The notes under the pieces are model-generated. The model saw nothing but the letters and a program-made list of their open reading frames with translations. It made no database searches and was not told the DNA's origin. Positions 25,977 to 40,494 of a stretch of DNA of 64,000 nucleotides are shown one piece after another. How positions within the stretch are numbered: position 1 is the first letter of the stretch; every line of letters starts with the position of its first letter. The stretch is from Octopus sinensis. Lineage: Eukaryota. The position numbers and the translations under genes are program-made. The DNA lies in contig NC_043014.1 in NCBI RefSeq assembly GCF_006345805.1, positions 38,192,001 through 38,256,000 on the forward strand. The letters run 5' to 3'.

Positions 25977-27381
25977 TTCAAAACAATGCCCGAAATTATT
26001 CCATTTATTTATTATATTCTTTACTTCCAAAACCCTTGTTTAACTTCGGGTCTCTACTTTTCGGTAAACTATTCCGCTTATGAAGAAAAAAGAATCTGTC
26101 TTTTTGGTACATTGTGTCTTATCTCCAAATTCCTACAACGTAGGACTCCCTGAACTTTTTCTTTTTTTTTCTAAAGAAGAGATTTCAAAAGAAATAACCA
26201 AAGTTGAAAATTAAAGAAAGCTTTAAGACTTTTAAACAATGCAAAATGGCAACGTCACCAGCTCGTAGTACATTGTTTGACTTTGAAATATTTATATTGT
26301 TCTTTCGCACCGATATAATCCCTAACAGAAATAAATTATGAAAAGAATGCAGACGTGTCTTGTATGTTTTATATGTTTTATTTCACTGGCTTCACTCATT
26401 GGAGTGCGACCATGCTGGAGAATCGTCATAAAGAGTTCAGCGCAGTCGTTTTCAACTATATTTTTGACCTATGGATCCCTTTTACTCTTTTACTCTTTTA
26501 CTTATTTCAGTCATTTGACTAATTTTGGTTTCAAATTTTGGCACAAGACCAGCAATTTCAGGGGAGGGGTAAGTCGATTACATCAACCCCAGTGTTCAAC
26601 TGGTGCTTATTTTATCAAACTCGAAAGAACGTTCAAATTCTTCTAAGGTCAACTTTGTCTTTCATCCTTCTGGAGTCGATAAAATAAGTAATCGTTGAGT
26701 ACTGGGGATCGATTTAATTGACTTACACCCTACCCTGAAAATTGTGGCCAAAATTTGAAGCCAATTTTAAAGAAGACTAAAGTGGGGTATTATAAAGACG
26801 ACGAGCTTCTTTCAGTTTTCGTCTACCAAATCCACTCACAAGGCTTTGGTCGGCCCGAGGCTATAGTAAAAGACACTTGCCCAAGTGCCACGCAGTGGGA
26901 CTGAACCTGGAACCATGTGTTTGGTAAAAGATGTCATGCAGATATAAGATCTGAAACGACCGGTAGGCCCTTCTCTGTTTGCAATATCCTCAGTGACTTC
27001 GTATCCGTCTCTTTTCATCATAGTTAATGAGTTGATTTTGAAGGCGAGAATAAGCTGCTACTTCTAGCAATTTATCAAGTGCCACGCTATGGGACTGTCT
27101 CTGGAACCATGTGGTTGGCAAACAAGCTACTTACCACACAGCCACTCCTGCGCCTATATCTTAAAATATATAAATGTACATGGCGGTTTTTTTTTAATGT
27201 ATTTGTATATACATTATAATGGATCACTAGATTGATTTTTGTATTAGTTTGCAATCGTATTGTTTGCTATAAAGTGTCACAAAATGTCCATTATCTCTCG
27301 GGATCTGGCCAATGACTTCTTCGTAGTTTATCATAAATAATATTGAACAATGAAATGTTTTGTTTCTTTTCAGCTGTCCTC

Positions 27382-27888
27382 TGTGTATGTATGTATGTAT
27401 GTATGTATGTATGTATGTATGTATGTATGTATGTATGTATGTGTGTATTTATGTATGTATGTATATATGCATGTATGTGTGTATTTATGTATGTATTTAT
27501 GTATGTATGTATGTATGTATGTATGTATGTATGTATGTATGTATGTGTGTATTTATGTATGTATGTATGTATGTAGATTATTTATGCGCACGCTCACACG
27601 GACACGTAAACACATAGGCTTACAGTCAGATACACGCACGTACGCACACATGCACTCAGAACAACGCTAGCGCACACACATACACATACACTCACACACA
27701 CATACACACACACAGAGCAACGCGTGTACATAGACACACACACACACACACACATGACAGAAGAAAAAGAAGACATTTTAGCTGTTTAATAGGGAAGAAC
27801 AGTTAAGCTCAAAGCATTTAGAATACACCGTGTGTGTGTGTGTGTGGTGTGGTGTGTGGTGTGTGGTGTGGTGTGTTGTGTGCGTGTG

Positions 27889-27929
<41 letters not shown>

Positions 27930-28083
27930 GTGTGTGTGGTGTGTGTGTGCGTGGTGTGTGTGTGTGTGTGTGGTGTGTGTGTGTGCGCGTGTGGTGTGCG
28001 TGTGTGTGTGCGTTGTGGTGTGTGTGTGCGGGTGTGTGTGCGGTGCGTGTGTGTGCGTGTGTGGTGTGTGTGTTGTGCGTGTG

Positions 28084-28151
<68 letters not shown>

Positions 28152-28320
28152 GTGTGTGCGTGTGTGTGTGTGTGGTGCGTGTGCGTGTGTGTGTATGCGT
28201 ATGTATGTGTGTGTGTATGCATGTGTGTATCTGCGTACGTATATTTGTGTGCGTGCGTTTATGCATGTGTGTGTGTATATATATATATAGAAGTGTGTGT
28301 GTGTGTGCGCGTGTGTCTAT
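27382..28320. repeat. (TATG)n and long (TG)n low-complexity tracts
   Basis: Direct reading. Confidence 0.9.
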
Positions 28321-28414
28321 GCAATTATATGCGCCTTGATGCCTATGTAAATTTACACTGAGTGATTACTTCTTAACTAACGAGGCCCGTGGGACAAATT
28401 CCTCGTTTTATAAA

Positions 28415-28769
28415 TATTGTTTGCAAATTTTGTCACAAGGCCACAAATTTTTGGGGCGAGTGGTTTTTACTCGACCCCGAAACAACAGAGGCAATGTCGA
28501 CCTCTACTAAGCATTTTGCCCGGCTTGCTAACGATTCTTATTTCTTTATTGCCCACAAGGGACTAAACACAGAGGGGACAAACAAGGACAGACAAAGGGA
28601 TTAAGTCGATTACATCGACCCCAGTGCATAACTGGTACATATTTAATCGACCCCGAAAGGATGAAAAGCAAAGTCGACTTCGGCGGAATTCGACCTCAGA
28701 ACGTAGCGGCACGCGAAATACCGCTAAGCATTTCACCCGGCGTGCGAACGACTTTGCCAGCTCGCTGCC

Positions 28770-28770
<1 letters not shown>
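28415..28770 (-). mobile_element. Family M SINE
   Basis: Head and core on reverse strand. Confidence 0.8.
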
Positions 28771-28815
<45 letters not shown>

Positions 28816-28838
28816 CAACAATAATAATAATAATAATA

Positions 28839-29381
28839 GCCCTGATGCAGTACAAGGCAGTGGCTTTCATAACTTACCATAACTGATTGGAAGTCTTATC
28901 ATGCACATTGTTTTGTCTTGGTATAAAAGATGGGCTACAGCTAATATTCTGCTCAATACCACAGATTTGCTTGTCAGTTGTTTGACCTTAACCAGTTGAG
29001 CATGTCCCTTAGTGGCTGACGATATGTGCATCTCTGATCACGAGCAGAAGTAGTGGGGGAGCATCATAGACATGTGTCGAGAGGGATTCTTTGGGGTTTG
29101 AATAATTCACCTCTGGAAACATGGGTTTTTTTGTTCAACAACCCTTATTCAGGGACCTTTAGAGTGGGATGGGTTACTTGACCAGAAGAAAAGTCTAATT
29201 GGGCCCCCACCTGCAAGGTCATGCGCTGCTTATCTTGATATGAGATCACCATGTCGCGCACATATGGTTGTGATGCATGTGCCTACGGTACCCTTACCAG
29301 ACGGGTAGTCAGGATGGGTATACTGGGCTTCGTAAATTTTACCCCAGTGTCACTTTGATGACATGCACTGCTCTCTCACTC
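28839..29381. mobile_element. Family D repeat with (AAT)n on both sides
   Basis: (AAT)n at 28770-28838 and from 29382. Confidence 0.8.
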
Positions 29382-29444
<63 letters not shown>

Positions 29445-29462
29445 TATAATGATGATGATGAC

Positions 29463-29537
<75 letters not shown>

Positions 29538-29553
29538 TAATAATAATAATAAT
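29382..29553. repeat. Compound (AAT)n(GAT)n(AAT)n microsatellite
   Basis: Direct reading. Confidence 0.97.
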
Positions 29554-29894
29554 TTAATTATAGTTCCCGTTATTGGCCACAGCACCTCACAGCATAAAAT
29601 TTAGAATGTTTTCAATACAAATTCATTACAAATAAACGTGGAAGGTGTAAAAGGTAAAGGTAAAAAAAAAAAAAAACAGGCGAAAGGTAATAATCATTTA
29701 ATAATAATAAATCACATTGCAATGGTCAACGAGTACAGCTAAGCAATTGTATACATTACATACATTCCAGAAGTTTGTAACTAAGAAACAGCATAAACAC
29801 TACATGATTCATTCTGGTAACACAGACATCACATATACATACATACAAATATTTATATTATACACACACACACATACACACACATACACACATA

Positions 29895-31212
29895 CAAACA
29901 TGCATGCATACATACATACATACACACATACATACATACATACATACATACATACATACATACATACGTACATACATACATACATACATACATACATACA
30001 TACATACATACCTACATACGTACATCCATACATGCATACATACATACATACATACATACATGCATACATGCATACATACATACATACATACATACCTACA
30101 TACGTACATACATACATACATACATACATACATACATACATACATGCATACATGCATACATACATACATACATACATACCTACATACGTACATACATACA
30201 TACATACATACATACATACATACATACATGCATACATGCATACATACATACATACATACATACCTACATACGTACATATATACATACATACATACATACA
30301 TACATACATACATGCATGCATGCATACATACATACATACATACATACATACATACATACATACATGCATGCATGCATACATACATCCATCCATCCATCCA
30401 TACATACATACATACATACATACATACATACATACATGCATGCATACATACATACATACATACATACATACATACATACATACATACGTACGTACATACA
30501 TACATACATACATACATACATACATACATACATACGTACGTACATACATGCATACATACATACATACGTACATACGTACATACATACATACATACATACA
30601 TACGTATACATACATACATACATACATACATACATACATACATACATACATGCATACATGCATACATACATACATACATACATACATACATACATACATA
30701 CGTACATACATACATACATACATACATACGTACATACATACATACATACATACATACGTACATACATACATACATACATACATACGTACATACGTATATA
30801 CATACATACATACATACATACATACATACATGCATGCATACATACATACATGCATACATACATACATGCATACATACATGCATACATACATACATACATA
30901 CATACATACATACATACATACATACATACATACATACATACATACATACATACATACATACATACATACGTACATACGTATATACATACATACATACATA
31001 CATGCATACATACATACATACATGCATGCATACATACATACATACATACATACATACATACATACATACATACATACATACATACATACATACATACATG
31101 CATGCATGCATACATACATACATACATACATACATACATACATACATACATACATGCATACATGCATACATACATACATACATGCATACATACATACATA
31201 CATACATACATA
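29895..31212. repeat. About 1.3-kb (TACA)n array with TGCA, TACG and TCCA variants
   Basis: Direct reading; source of the 300-500 aa spurious ORFs. Confidence 0.97.
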
Positions 31213-31412
31213 TGTGTGTGAGTGTGTGTTTGTGTTTATAGAAACAAAGACTTTTTAACTGGGACGCACATGACGTCCTAGGAATGGATTTAGGATAAGG
31301 GGAATCTTTTTTGAATGGTAATATTTTTACCATTAAAGGCTTTCAGCGGTGCGGACTATATCAACGGCAGTGGTTGTTGTTAAATTAATTAATCAATTAA
31401 TTAATTAATTTA

Positions 31413-31646
31413 TTTACTCTTTACTCTTACTCTTTTACTTGTTTCAGTCATTTGGCTGCGGCCATGCTGGAGCACCGCCTTTAGTCGAGCAACTCGACCC
31501 CGGGACTTATTCTTTTTGTAAGCCCAGTACTTATTTTATCGGTCTCTTTTTGCCGAACCGCTAAGTGACGGGGACGTAAACACACCAGCATTGGTTGTCA
31601 AGCAATGCTAGGGGGACAAACACAGACACACACACACACACATATA

Positions 31647-31721
<75 letters not shown>

Positions 31722-31897
31722 TATATAATAATACGACAGGCTTCTTTCAGTTTCCGTCTACCAAATCCACTCACAAGGCATTGATCGGCCCGGGGCTATA
31801 GCAGAAGACACTTGCCCAAGGTGCCACGCAGTGGGACTGAACCCGGAACCATGTGGTTGGTTAGCAGGCTACTTACCACACAGCCACTCCTGCGCCT
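31413..31897 (-). mobile_element. Full-length family B SINE
   Basis: Complete head, internal (TA)n and tail. Confidence 0.9.
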
Positions 31898-31914
31898 ATT
31901 TATTTATTTATTTT

Positions 31915-32140
31915 TATTATTATTACTTTGTTTTACTTCTCAGAACATTCGGTCTTGTTTGTTCTGGTAGATTCTGTGGGAGCAGACGGCAGCTTGCTGT
32001 CAGAGGTCTCACAGGGTCTCTTCCTGCACATTATAAGCTTTGATACTTGGTTGTTAAATTATCGTGGGAGATATTCAACATCTGAGTACCGATCTCAAGA
32101 TCCTGGCTGCCCTCAACAGAGCATTTGTTTTGGGTTTGCT
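31915..32140 (-). mobile_element. R4/Dong-like LINE 3' end with (AAT)n tail
   Basis: Reverse strand TNALLRAARILRSVLRC*, then 3' UTR and AATAATAAT. Confidence 0.6.
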
Positions 32141-32442
32141 CTGCTCTCATGTCGGTGCATCAGCATGACCGCGGCTCTGAGCTGAAACTAGAGAGGAAAA
32201 AAATGCACTAAGGTCGATGTAATCGACTTAATTCCTCCCCCCCCCCAAATATGAGGCCTTGTGCTTCCAGTAGAAAGGATTATTATTATTATTATTATTT
32301 CTCTTCATCACAGGTTTTGTTGGAGCTCCTGGAGTCTTGCATGCGTAGTGGGCTTGTTACCTGTAGCCTACGGTACCATGCTAGCTGTTCTTTTCAGCTA
32401 TCTAATACTTACCTGATTATTATGCACACATACACACACACA

Positions 32443-32486
<44 letters not shown>

Positions 32487-34120
32487 CGTGTGTGTATGTG
32501 TATGTGCGTGTGTGTGTGTATTTGGTATTAGCCAATATAACTCTTGGTTAATAATTTATAGTTAAAGAAGAATTTTAACTGGGTTACGTACTTAGCTGGC
32601 ACGGGCATTACTCAGAACTACGTACCCGAACAGGATACCGTTTAACTGAGTAATGCTTCGAAGATTTGTATTGAGTTTAACTATTTTCATGAATCTAGAG
32701 AGGCAAGCTGCAAACTATTACTATATCTTAACTCGGGATAATTTATTTAGTAATCCCCCATTAATCCTGAAGCTCACAGGCTTAGTCTTACTTCAAGGAT
32801 ATACTCGAAGGATATATTCAGTGTTTTGTTTTTTTATTACTTCTAGGATATACTTTGCCTGTTATCCTTTCGTATTCAATAAAAATAACTAATCTAATCA
32901 GTCAATCAAATATTGGCGTCTATTTAATCGATCCTTATTTTCCTTAAAATGTGTGGGTAGTTTGCTTCTGTTTACTGAGAACCTAACTGCTTTCACATTT
33001 TTTTCCGTACTTTTGTTCGATATCTTGATTGAGTCCGTCCGTCTATCATTCATGTCTCTGTTGATGTTATTTAATCCTGTAGCAGTCCTGATCGAGCTAG
33101 CTTCATAAAAGACAATCTAGCCGTGACCAGCCTGAATTTTAGGACAAATTAGAAATATATTAATCAATGTGTCTGTCCTTTCCTTTTGGGTGGGGCGGTA
33201 GTATATGATTTGAAGGAGTTTTGGCTGGATTTTCTTACATGTTGATCAACAACGCAGACGCCATTTTGGCTTGATTTTTTCCATACTTTTTCATCTCATG
33301 TACATAACGTCTTTGTTCCAACTGTCTGCAGATAATCTTAACTATTCATGCCCTGTGACCATCTCGATAGTATTATTTTCAGAGGAACGGCTCTTTTTAC
33401 TGACAATTTTAACCTCGTGACCTGTAATGAATCTTTGTCTTTGATTCAAGTGCAATATATGTAAATGCCTCAGTGACTCTCAATAGTTCAACAATTCCGT
33501 GTCCCTACTCAAAATTACTGAACACTTATACTTATTTAGTGTAACATGTGATGGCTCTACTAATAACTTAGTTCTCATGTGAATAGTGTTGATTAATTTC
33601 TCTCTCAAGTATTATAAATATATACTTATGATCTTGCTTTGACCATTAAATCTACGCTTATTATACACAAGAAATTGGAGGGTAGTCATGTGAATTATTC
33701 AATGCGACATTGCTTTTATATTTTGTGGTATTACTACTCGAGTGTTACTAAATACATTGGACGTATTCCTTAAGTATTCGTATTTATGAAAAAAAACAAC
33801 AACAACAACAAAAAACAACTTTTAGAAGATTGATCAGCTGACAGATGTGTGTAAGGAAATAGATGAGACACTTATTTTAATTACTGTAGTAACAATTAAG
33901 GACAGACTTCAAGGAAACAGTGAAGATAATGAGTTGGGATAAGTTCTCATGGCTTAGTAGAGAAAAAGGTAAGTCTTAAGCCATCAGTTTCCTCTTCTCT
34001 CTACGCCAGTGGTTTTCCATCATGCTTTTACTTATGGACCTCTTTGATTCCTATTTCATCCGGATGGATGCTCATAACCATTCGATGTTTAAAAAATCAT
34101 ATTATATTTTTATAGTTAAA

Positions 34121-34512
34121 CTAGCAGTATCGCCCGGCGTTGCTCGGGTTTGTTTCGACCCTTTAGAATTGGAATTTTTGAAAAGTAAAAATTTTGCATT
34201 ATGTAGCTTGTTATTCTCTTTAAGTGAACATTTTTCTGGTTGAAATACACCGAAAAATGGCGACACAGCAGTCAAAAATCGTTAAAAAATAGGGAATTTC
34301 ATAGAAAAAAAGCACCTTTTTGATATAAATAATTTTTGGTGTTAACATGGTCCGATTTGAATTTTATCTTCTACGGAAGAGAGAGCAAGCCTTCTTCTAT
34401 CATACTCTCAATTTTGGTCAACTTGCGCCGCAGGGTCTCGGAGGAGATAGTGTTAGTTGAAGGCTACCAAACCTGCCATACACAGACAACTTCAGCTTTA
34501 TATATAGAGAGA
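34121..34512 (-). mobile_element. Non-autonomous Helitron
   Basis: Reverse strand 5' TC...CTAG 3'; subterminal hairpin CCCGAGCAACGCCGGG; inserted between A and T with no TSD. Confidence 0.85.
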
Positions 34513-35414
34513 TATTATTAGGAATTGTACTAAAAAATTACTAAAGTATTTTGAATATTGCTCATAAATTATTGCAAATCTTATAATGACTCTCCAAGTG
34601 TCATATGGACACCATTTCAAATCCACGGCTCAACGTCACCCGAACTTACTCAAAATTACGAACTTCACTATAAAATCCATTAACTTGATCATGGATATGT
34701 TTCATAATATTTGCTTCGTTTTCTCATTTACATGGAGATAACAGTAAGATTTTTTAACGCACATCAACACAACTTCTTTATCGGGAATATACATTGCTCA
34801 TTTTATCTTGTAGATGCTCATTTACATTACATTGGGATATGCAAGATTGTTACGTCTTCTATTTTTTGGCGTTCAGTTTAACTTAATGGATCTGGAGGAA
34901 TTTTCGCAGTGAACGTACCGACCTTTATCTTTTAGAAACAACAGCCAAATCTTCCTCAAGCTACACCATGGTGTCTATAAAAGAAAAAGGATGACACGTT
35001 GTGTCACAGAACTGTTTATTTCCACGTATGAAGCTGGCCCAAGTGTTTTCCACTTGTTGAGTGTTATCAACAACATTTAAATTTAAGTCAGTCTCCACGA
35101 ATGTAATCTTTTATCGAAATCACGACCCTCGATACACTTACTGAGCGCAACAATCGAGTAAATGTACTTTCTTTTTTCTTATGATAATATTGTAAATAAA
35201 GTTTGGTGAGGGAGAAAAAACTGTTTACCACCTTTCTCTTTTAACCAGTTCTTAGTCCACCAAACTAAACTAAATGCTGAACAACGCAGACAACATACCC
35301 TACTTACATGCAAAACAAAATAATGGTCAAAAGTTCAAATTCCGGTCGTAATGTCTATACCAGTCACACTGGCTTTGCCTACTCATACGGAAATAACAAC
35401 ACACGTCAACATGA

Positions 35415-35461
35415 CTTCAACCTGAAGATGCGTCTGTGAAGGCTTAGAAATGTCGATGAAG
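35415..35461 (+). ncRNA. Decayed minimal type I hammerhead motif
   Basis: CTTCAAC-CTGAAGA-TGCGTCT GTGA AGGCTTA-GAAA-TG-TC-GATGAAG; AATAAA follows. Confidence 0.55.
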
Positions 35462-35675
35462 GATAAATAAACCGCAGGGAACTCATACAAAAATATGGAA
35501 AAAACAACTTGATAAATCAGCGTAAACTAGAATATTGTATGTATATATAATATATTGTATATTCAATATACATAGATAAATACATACACACACACATATA
35601 CATAAACATACTTATACATACATACATACATCACACTGTATGTGTAGATATACTCATACAGTGATGAATACTTAT

Positions 35676-35885
35676 ATATTTCTTTACTACCCACAAGGGG
35701 CTAAACAGAGAGGGGACAAACAAGGACAGACAAAAGGATAAAGTCGATTACATCGACCCCAGTGCGTAACTGGCACTTAATTTATCAACCCCGAAAGGAT
35801 GAAAGGCAAAGTCGACCTCGGCGGAATTTGAACTCGGAACGTAACGACAGACGAAATACGGCTACGCCGCATTTCGCCCGGCGTG
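35676..35885 (-). mobile_element. Family M SINE fragment
   Basis: One core unit. Confidence 0.8.
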
Positions 35886-36536
35886 AGCCATGCATACATA
35901 TACATAATATATCTCGAATTCTTTTTACTAAATTTACACATTTCCAATTAGTCGATACATTCTTGGCGACAATAACAGTCAGTTTTCTAGACAACAACGC
36001 ATAAATTTTCTAGACATTAATTAATATTCAACTGGTGTCATGTTCGAAATGCAAGCATATTAGACTGACAAAATAATATTAACAATGAGGTATATGAATA
36101 TATAAATATGTAAGACTGGTTCAGGTTGGAGCTAGTTCAGAGGTGATATATGCTAGCTACAACTTGAAATCGAATACATCTACATCATTTCTAGGCTTGT
36201 TTTAAATTAGACACCTGTGGTGCGAGACACCTGGTTGATTGGCTAGCTTTTGTATCCAGTCTTGGACGGTGTGCAGTCGTGATTTTCAAGACAATTCACA
36301 GCGAAATGCATCAGTCTCAGTTGTAGTTTCGTTAATCTGGTGTTTCAATTTCTCCGGTCGTTATATTCTGGAGAGCGAAAGGGTTTCGGTAATTCGAGTC
36401 TAGTATGGGTGGGTACGAGTTGTTCTGGCACAGCTGTTTTGGCGCCGCCTATTTGGCATTGCTGATTCAACGCTGACTTATTTGTCATCGGATGTTTTAA
36501 TGGGTTTTTTTTCCCCCGTTTTAATATTTATCTCGT

Positions 36537-37200
36537 TTAAGGTGACGAGCTGTCAGAATCGTTAACACGTTAAGGCGGCGAGCTGGCAGAAACGTTAGCA
36601 CGCCGGGCGAAATGCTTAGCGGTATTTCGTCTGCCGCTACGTTCTGAGTTCAAATTCCGCCGAGGTCGACTTTGCCTTTCATCCTTTCGGGGTCGGTAAA
36701 TTAAGTACCAGTTACGCACTGGGGTCGATGTAATCGACTTAATTCCTTCGTCTGTCCTTGTTTGTCCTCACTATGTTTAGCCCCTTGTGGGCAATAAAGA
36801 AATAAGAATCGTGAACACGTTAGAAATTGTCAGCATTTCGTCCGACTTTATTTTCTGAATTGAAATTCCGCCAAGGTCGACTTAGCTTTCATCGTGTCAA
36901 GAAGGATAAAATAGGCACCAGTTGAGCACTGGGATCGATTTAATCGACTTAACCTCAGGAATTGCTGGTTTTGTGCCAAAATTTGAAACCAGTATTTACC
37001 TCGTTTAAGGCAGCGAGCTGACAGAATGGTTAGCATACCGATCAAAATACTTAGCAGCATTTCGTCTTTCATTACGTTCTGAATTCAAATGCCGCCGAGG
37101 TCGATGAAATAAGTATCAGTTGAGCACTGGGGTCAATGTAATCGACTGACCTCCTCCCCTGAAACTGTCGACCTTGTGCCAAAATTTCAAACCAGTATTT
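36537..37200 (+). mobile_element. Nested cluster of family M SINEs
   Basis: Younger copy at 36572-36805 within an older one; AGAATCGT(T/G)AACACGTTA duplicated on both sides. Confidence 0.8.
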
Positions 37201-38049
37201 GCCTCGTTGTCTCCTTTCCTTTCTCCCCCTCTCTTTTTATATGTTTAAGTATATTTCTCTTTATGTGTCTGAGGAGACAGAAAGTGCTTAAGTCAGTTGT
37301 GTTCAAATAATAAATTGTAATGTCTCTCTTTCTCTCTCTCCTTCGTTTGCTCTCATCTCTGTATATTTCTGAATGCGCCTGCGTGTGTGCGGGTGCATGC
37401 ATGTGTTGCCTCAAGCACCAAAACGTGCTGTTGCCAGAACGAGCAGAATGCCCGGTCAGCTATGCCCATCGTCAGCGACCTATCTGCTGCACTAATCGTT
37501 TCCATTCCGACGCTTCATAAAAACAAAGTTTTCAATTATTTCCTCGACAGCTTAAAAATTTGCACGACTTAATAGATTCCTATTCGAATTTATTTTAACG
37601 AACCAAAAAGCTTCCATGAGACAATTCAAGCTGCGAGATAAAGGAATCAAATTTTCTTTAAATTATTCTTTGTCGTTCATAAAAGCAAAGGAGAGACACA
37701 TTGGACATTGTAGTTTCTGATGTAAAAAAATAGCAAAATAGGCGCAGGTGGATCGCATTTAATCATAAGTCTGCTGGATCTGTGCTGACTCAGGGCTAAA
37801 TAACACTATTATATATTAACTGGAATGACTGTCGAACGAAAAATAAACTGATTTACTGATTGTCAGTCAGGACTGTATATATTCTCTATCAATCAGGACT
37901 TTGTATGTTCAGTCACTCAGGGCTGTGCATATCGTATCAAACAGGACTACGTATGTTCTATCAATGAAGATTATTTATATTCTATCAATCAAGAAGATTC
38001 TGTCAATCGTGAGTATGTGTGTTCTCTAAGTCAGGACTGTCTATGCTTG

Positions 38050-38295
38050 CAAACAAATCAAAGAAAAAGATCTCATCACCTTCAAACGAAGCCTGGACAA
38101 ATTCCTTCAAGGAATACCAAATAAACCACCTATACTTGGATAAATCGCTGTCAACGATAGCTCACTACTTGAATGGGCCACAATACCACAAAAATTAACT
38201 TAAAACTAACTTAACAGATCCTATCAGGTGATGTTATTAAGTTAAACATGACCTGGGCCAATCTTTGGGCGAAATATATCTAAGCTATCTAAGTT
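38050..38295 (+). mobile_element. CR1-like LINE 3' end, second copy
   Basis: KQIKEKDLITFKRSLDKFLQGIPNKPPILG*IAVNDSSLLEW; TATCTAAG tail. Confidence 0.7.
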
Positions 38296-38372
38296 AATTA
38301 TGTCAATCAGGATTTTGTATATTTTATCAACTAAGAATGTTCTGCCAGTCAGAACCATATATATATATGTGA

Positions 38373-38440
<68 letters not shown>

Positions 38441-38460
38441 TGTGTGTGTGTTTGTGTGCG

Positions 38461-38636
38461 ATTGTAATATGTGACAATTATTCGGTAGCCAAGATAAAAC
38501 TCCGAGTTTCGGACGTCGAAGTGGAAAGTTTTATCATGGCTACCGAATAATTGTCACATATTACAATTACAGATAAATTCCTCTATTTACATAATATCGA
38601 GGTCTCTTTAATTCTTTTGTTGTCTTACCATTATTA
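38461..38636. mobile_element. Fold-back Penelope-like fragment (family P3)
   Basis: 41-bp arms at 38461-38501 and 38527-38567; loop holds the 3' half of the hammerhead seen at 40495. Confidence 0.7.
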
Positions 38637-38774
38637 CATATATATATATATATGTATATACATATACATATACATATATATATATATACACATACATATA
38701 TATATAAATATATATATATATTATATGTGTGTGTGTGTATGTGTGTGTATATGTATATATACATATATATATAC

Positions 38775-38805
<31 letters not shown>

Positions 38806-38813
38806 CATATATA

Positions 38814-38884
<71 letters not shown>

Positions 38885-39448
38885 TCTCTCAGTCTGAAGT
38901 ACGTTTTGTCAATCAGGAACAAGTACGTTATATCAATTAAGACTGTATTTTCTCTCAATCGGGATGATGTATCTTCTATCACTCAGGACTTTACATATTG
39001 CATCAATTAGGACGATGCATGTTCTCTTAGTCATGCTTATGTGTGTTCTACATGTCAAGAATTAATCCTCTCTCACTCTATATTTCTATATTTAGCAACC
39101 AGTCTACAACGAACGCCACGTAACCTATATAGGCTATCTTTCGATAAAAACCTATGACATCATGAATGAAGAGGAGACATTGCCTTTCGATAGAGCAAAT
39201 GAAACACAAACAAACAAACACACACTTGCACACGCACATACTCACTCATGACTGATGTTATATGTACTAATACCGAAACATTGCCGTTGTATAGTTATTC
39301 CCTATCATATAAGGAAATATATTATTAGACGAAAGGTTTCAGCTTTGGTATTATTAGACGAAAGGTTTCAGCTTTGGTATTATTTTTGAGAGCAACTAGA
39401 AGTATTTTCTAGCTCTAAGATCCGTTATGTTAATTTTTCTTGAACGAT

Positions 39449-39632
39449 AGGCGCAGGAGTGGCTGTGTGGTAAGTTGCTTGCTAACCAACCACATGGTTC
39501 CGGGTTCAGTCCCACCGCGTGGCATCTTGGGCAAGTGTCTTCTGCTATAGCCTCGGGCCGAACAATGCCTTGTGAGTGGATTTGATAGACGGAAACTGAA
39601 AGAAGCCTGTCGTATATATGTATATATATATG

Positions 39633-39675
<43 letters not shown>

Positions 39676-39884
39676 CTGTGTTTATCCCACTAGCATTGCT
39701 TGACAACCGATGCTGGTGTGCTTACGTCCCCGTCACTTAGCGGTTCGGCAAAAGAGACCGATAGAATAAGTACTGGGCTTACAAAGAATAAGTCCCGGGG
39801 TCGATTTGCTCGACTAAAGGCGGTGCTCCAGCATGGCCGCAGTCGAATGACTGAAACAAGTAAAAGGGTAAAAGAGTAAAAGAG
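39449..39884 (+). mobile_element. Full-length family B SINE
   Basis: AGGCGCAGGAGTGGCTGTGTGG...GAAACAAGTAAAAG tail. Confidence 0.9.
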
Positions 39885-40007
39885 ATACACGAAAACGATA
39901 AACAGAGTCTTTAGCCAACCGGCAGGAACTAACAAAAGAGTAAAAAAATAACTGGAATTATGTGTGTGTGCGCGTGTGTAAATGCATATATATGTATGTA
40001 TATTTGT

Positions 40008-40195
40008 GCCGAAACCCGGAGTAGACAAAACCAGGGACAACTGATGAAGGGAATGTTCTTTATGTTGCCTGTCTCGTTTCTGTGTTTGTTCGTATCTTTC
40101 GTTGTTCGAACAAAAGTTCGTTTTCTATGTTTTTGTTTTTTGTGTTCTCGCTTCTCATATTGTCTACGTTTTTTGATGTCCTGTACCCATATATG
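40008..40195 (+). mobile_element. Family P1 fragment
   Basis: CGAAACCCGGAGTAGAC...CAACTGATGAAGGG...CCTGTACCCATATATGC. Confidence 0.6.
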
Positions 40196-40291
40196 CATGT
40201 ATATATATACATATATATATAGGTATGTACATCTATGTATGTATATATGTATATATTGATACATTATTTATATTATTTATACATACATATT

Positions 40292-40411
<120 letters not shown>

Positions 40412-40494
40412 TGGTAAAAACGGTAATATAACAAAAGAAAGAAAGAGACCTCAATATTATGTAAATAGAGGAAATTTATCTGTAAAATATATGA

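Larger units (their letters stand above)
37860..39050. repeat. Degenerate minisatellite of about 24 bp (TCTATCAATCAGGACTxTGTATGT), split by insertions
   Basis: Units at 37860-38045, 38300-38355 and 38885-39050. Confidence 0.7.

Noticed and set aside
29240-29390. HDV-like ribozyme fold on the minus strand of family D (P2-like helix, GCGA, GAC-TACCC-GTC)
   Set aside because: L3 is too short, P3 and L3 cannot both fit the consensus, and there is no convincing P1 with a G at the cleavage site.
29717-31333. ORFs of 300-513 aa
   Set aside because: Translations of (TACA)n giving HTYI/MYVC repeats; no coding signal. The same applies to the YI, CV, HT and poly-N/I/L ORFs elsewhere.
37380-37560. GC-richer unique stretch with short ORFs
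   Set aside because: No recognisable peptide or paired splice sites; function cannot be assigned.
39320-39383. 31-bp perfect tandem duplication
   Set aside because: Simple slippage event with no wider pattern.
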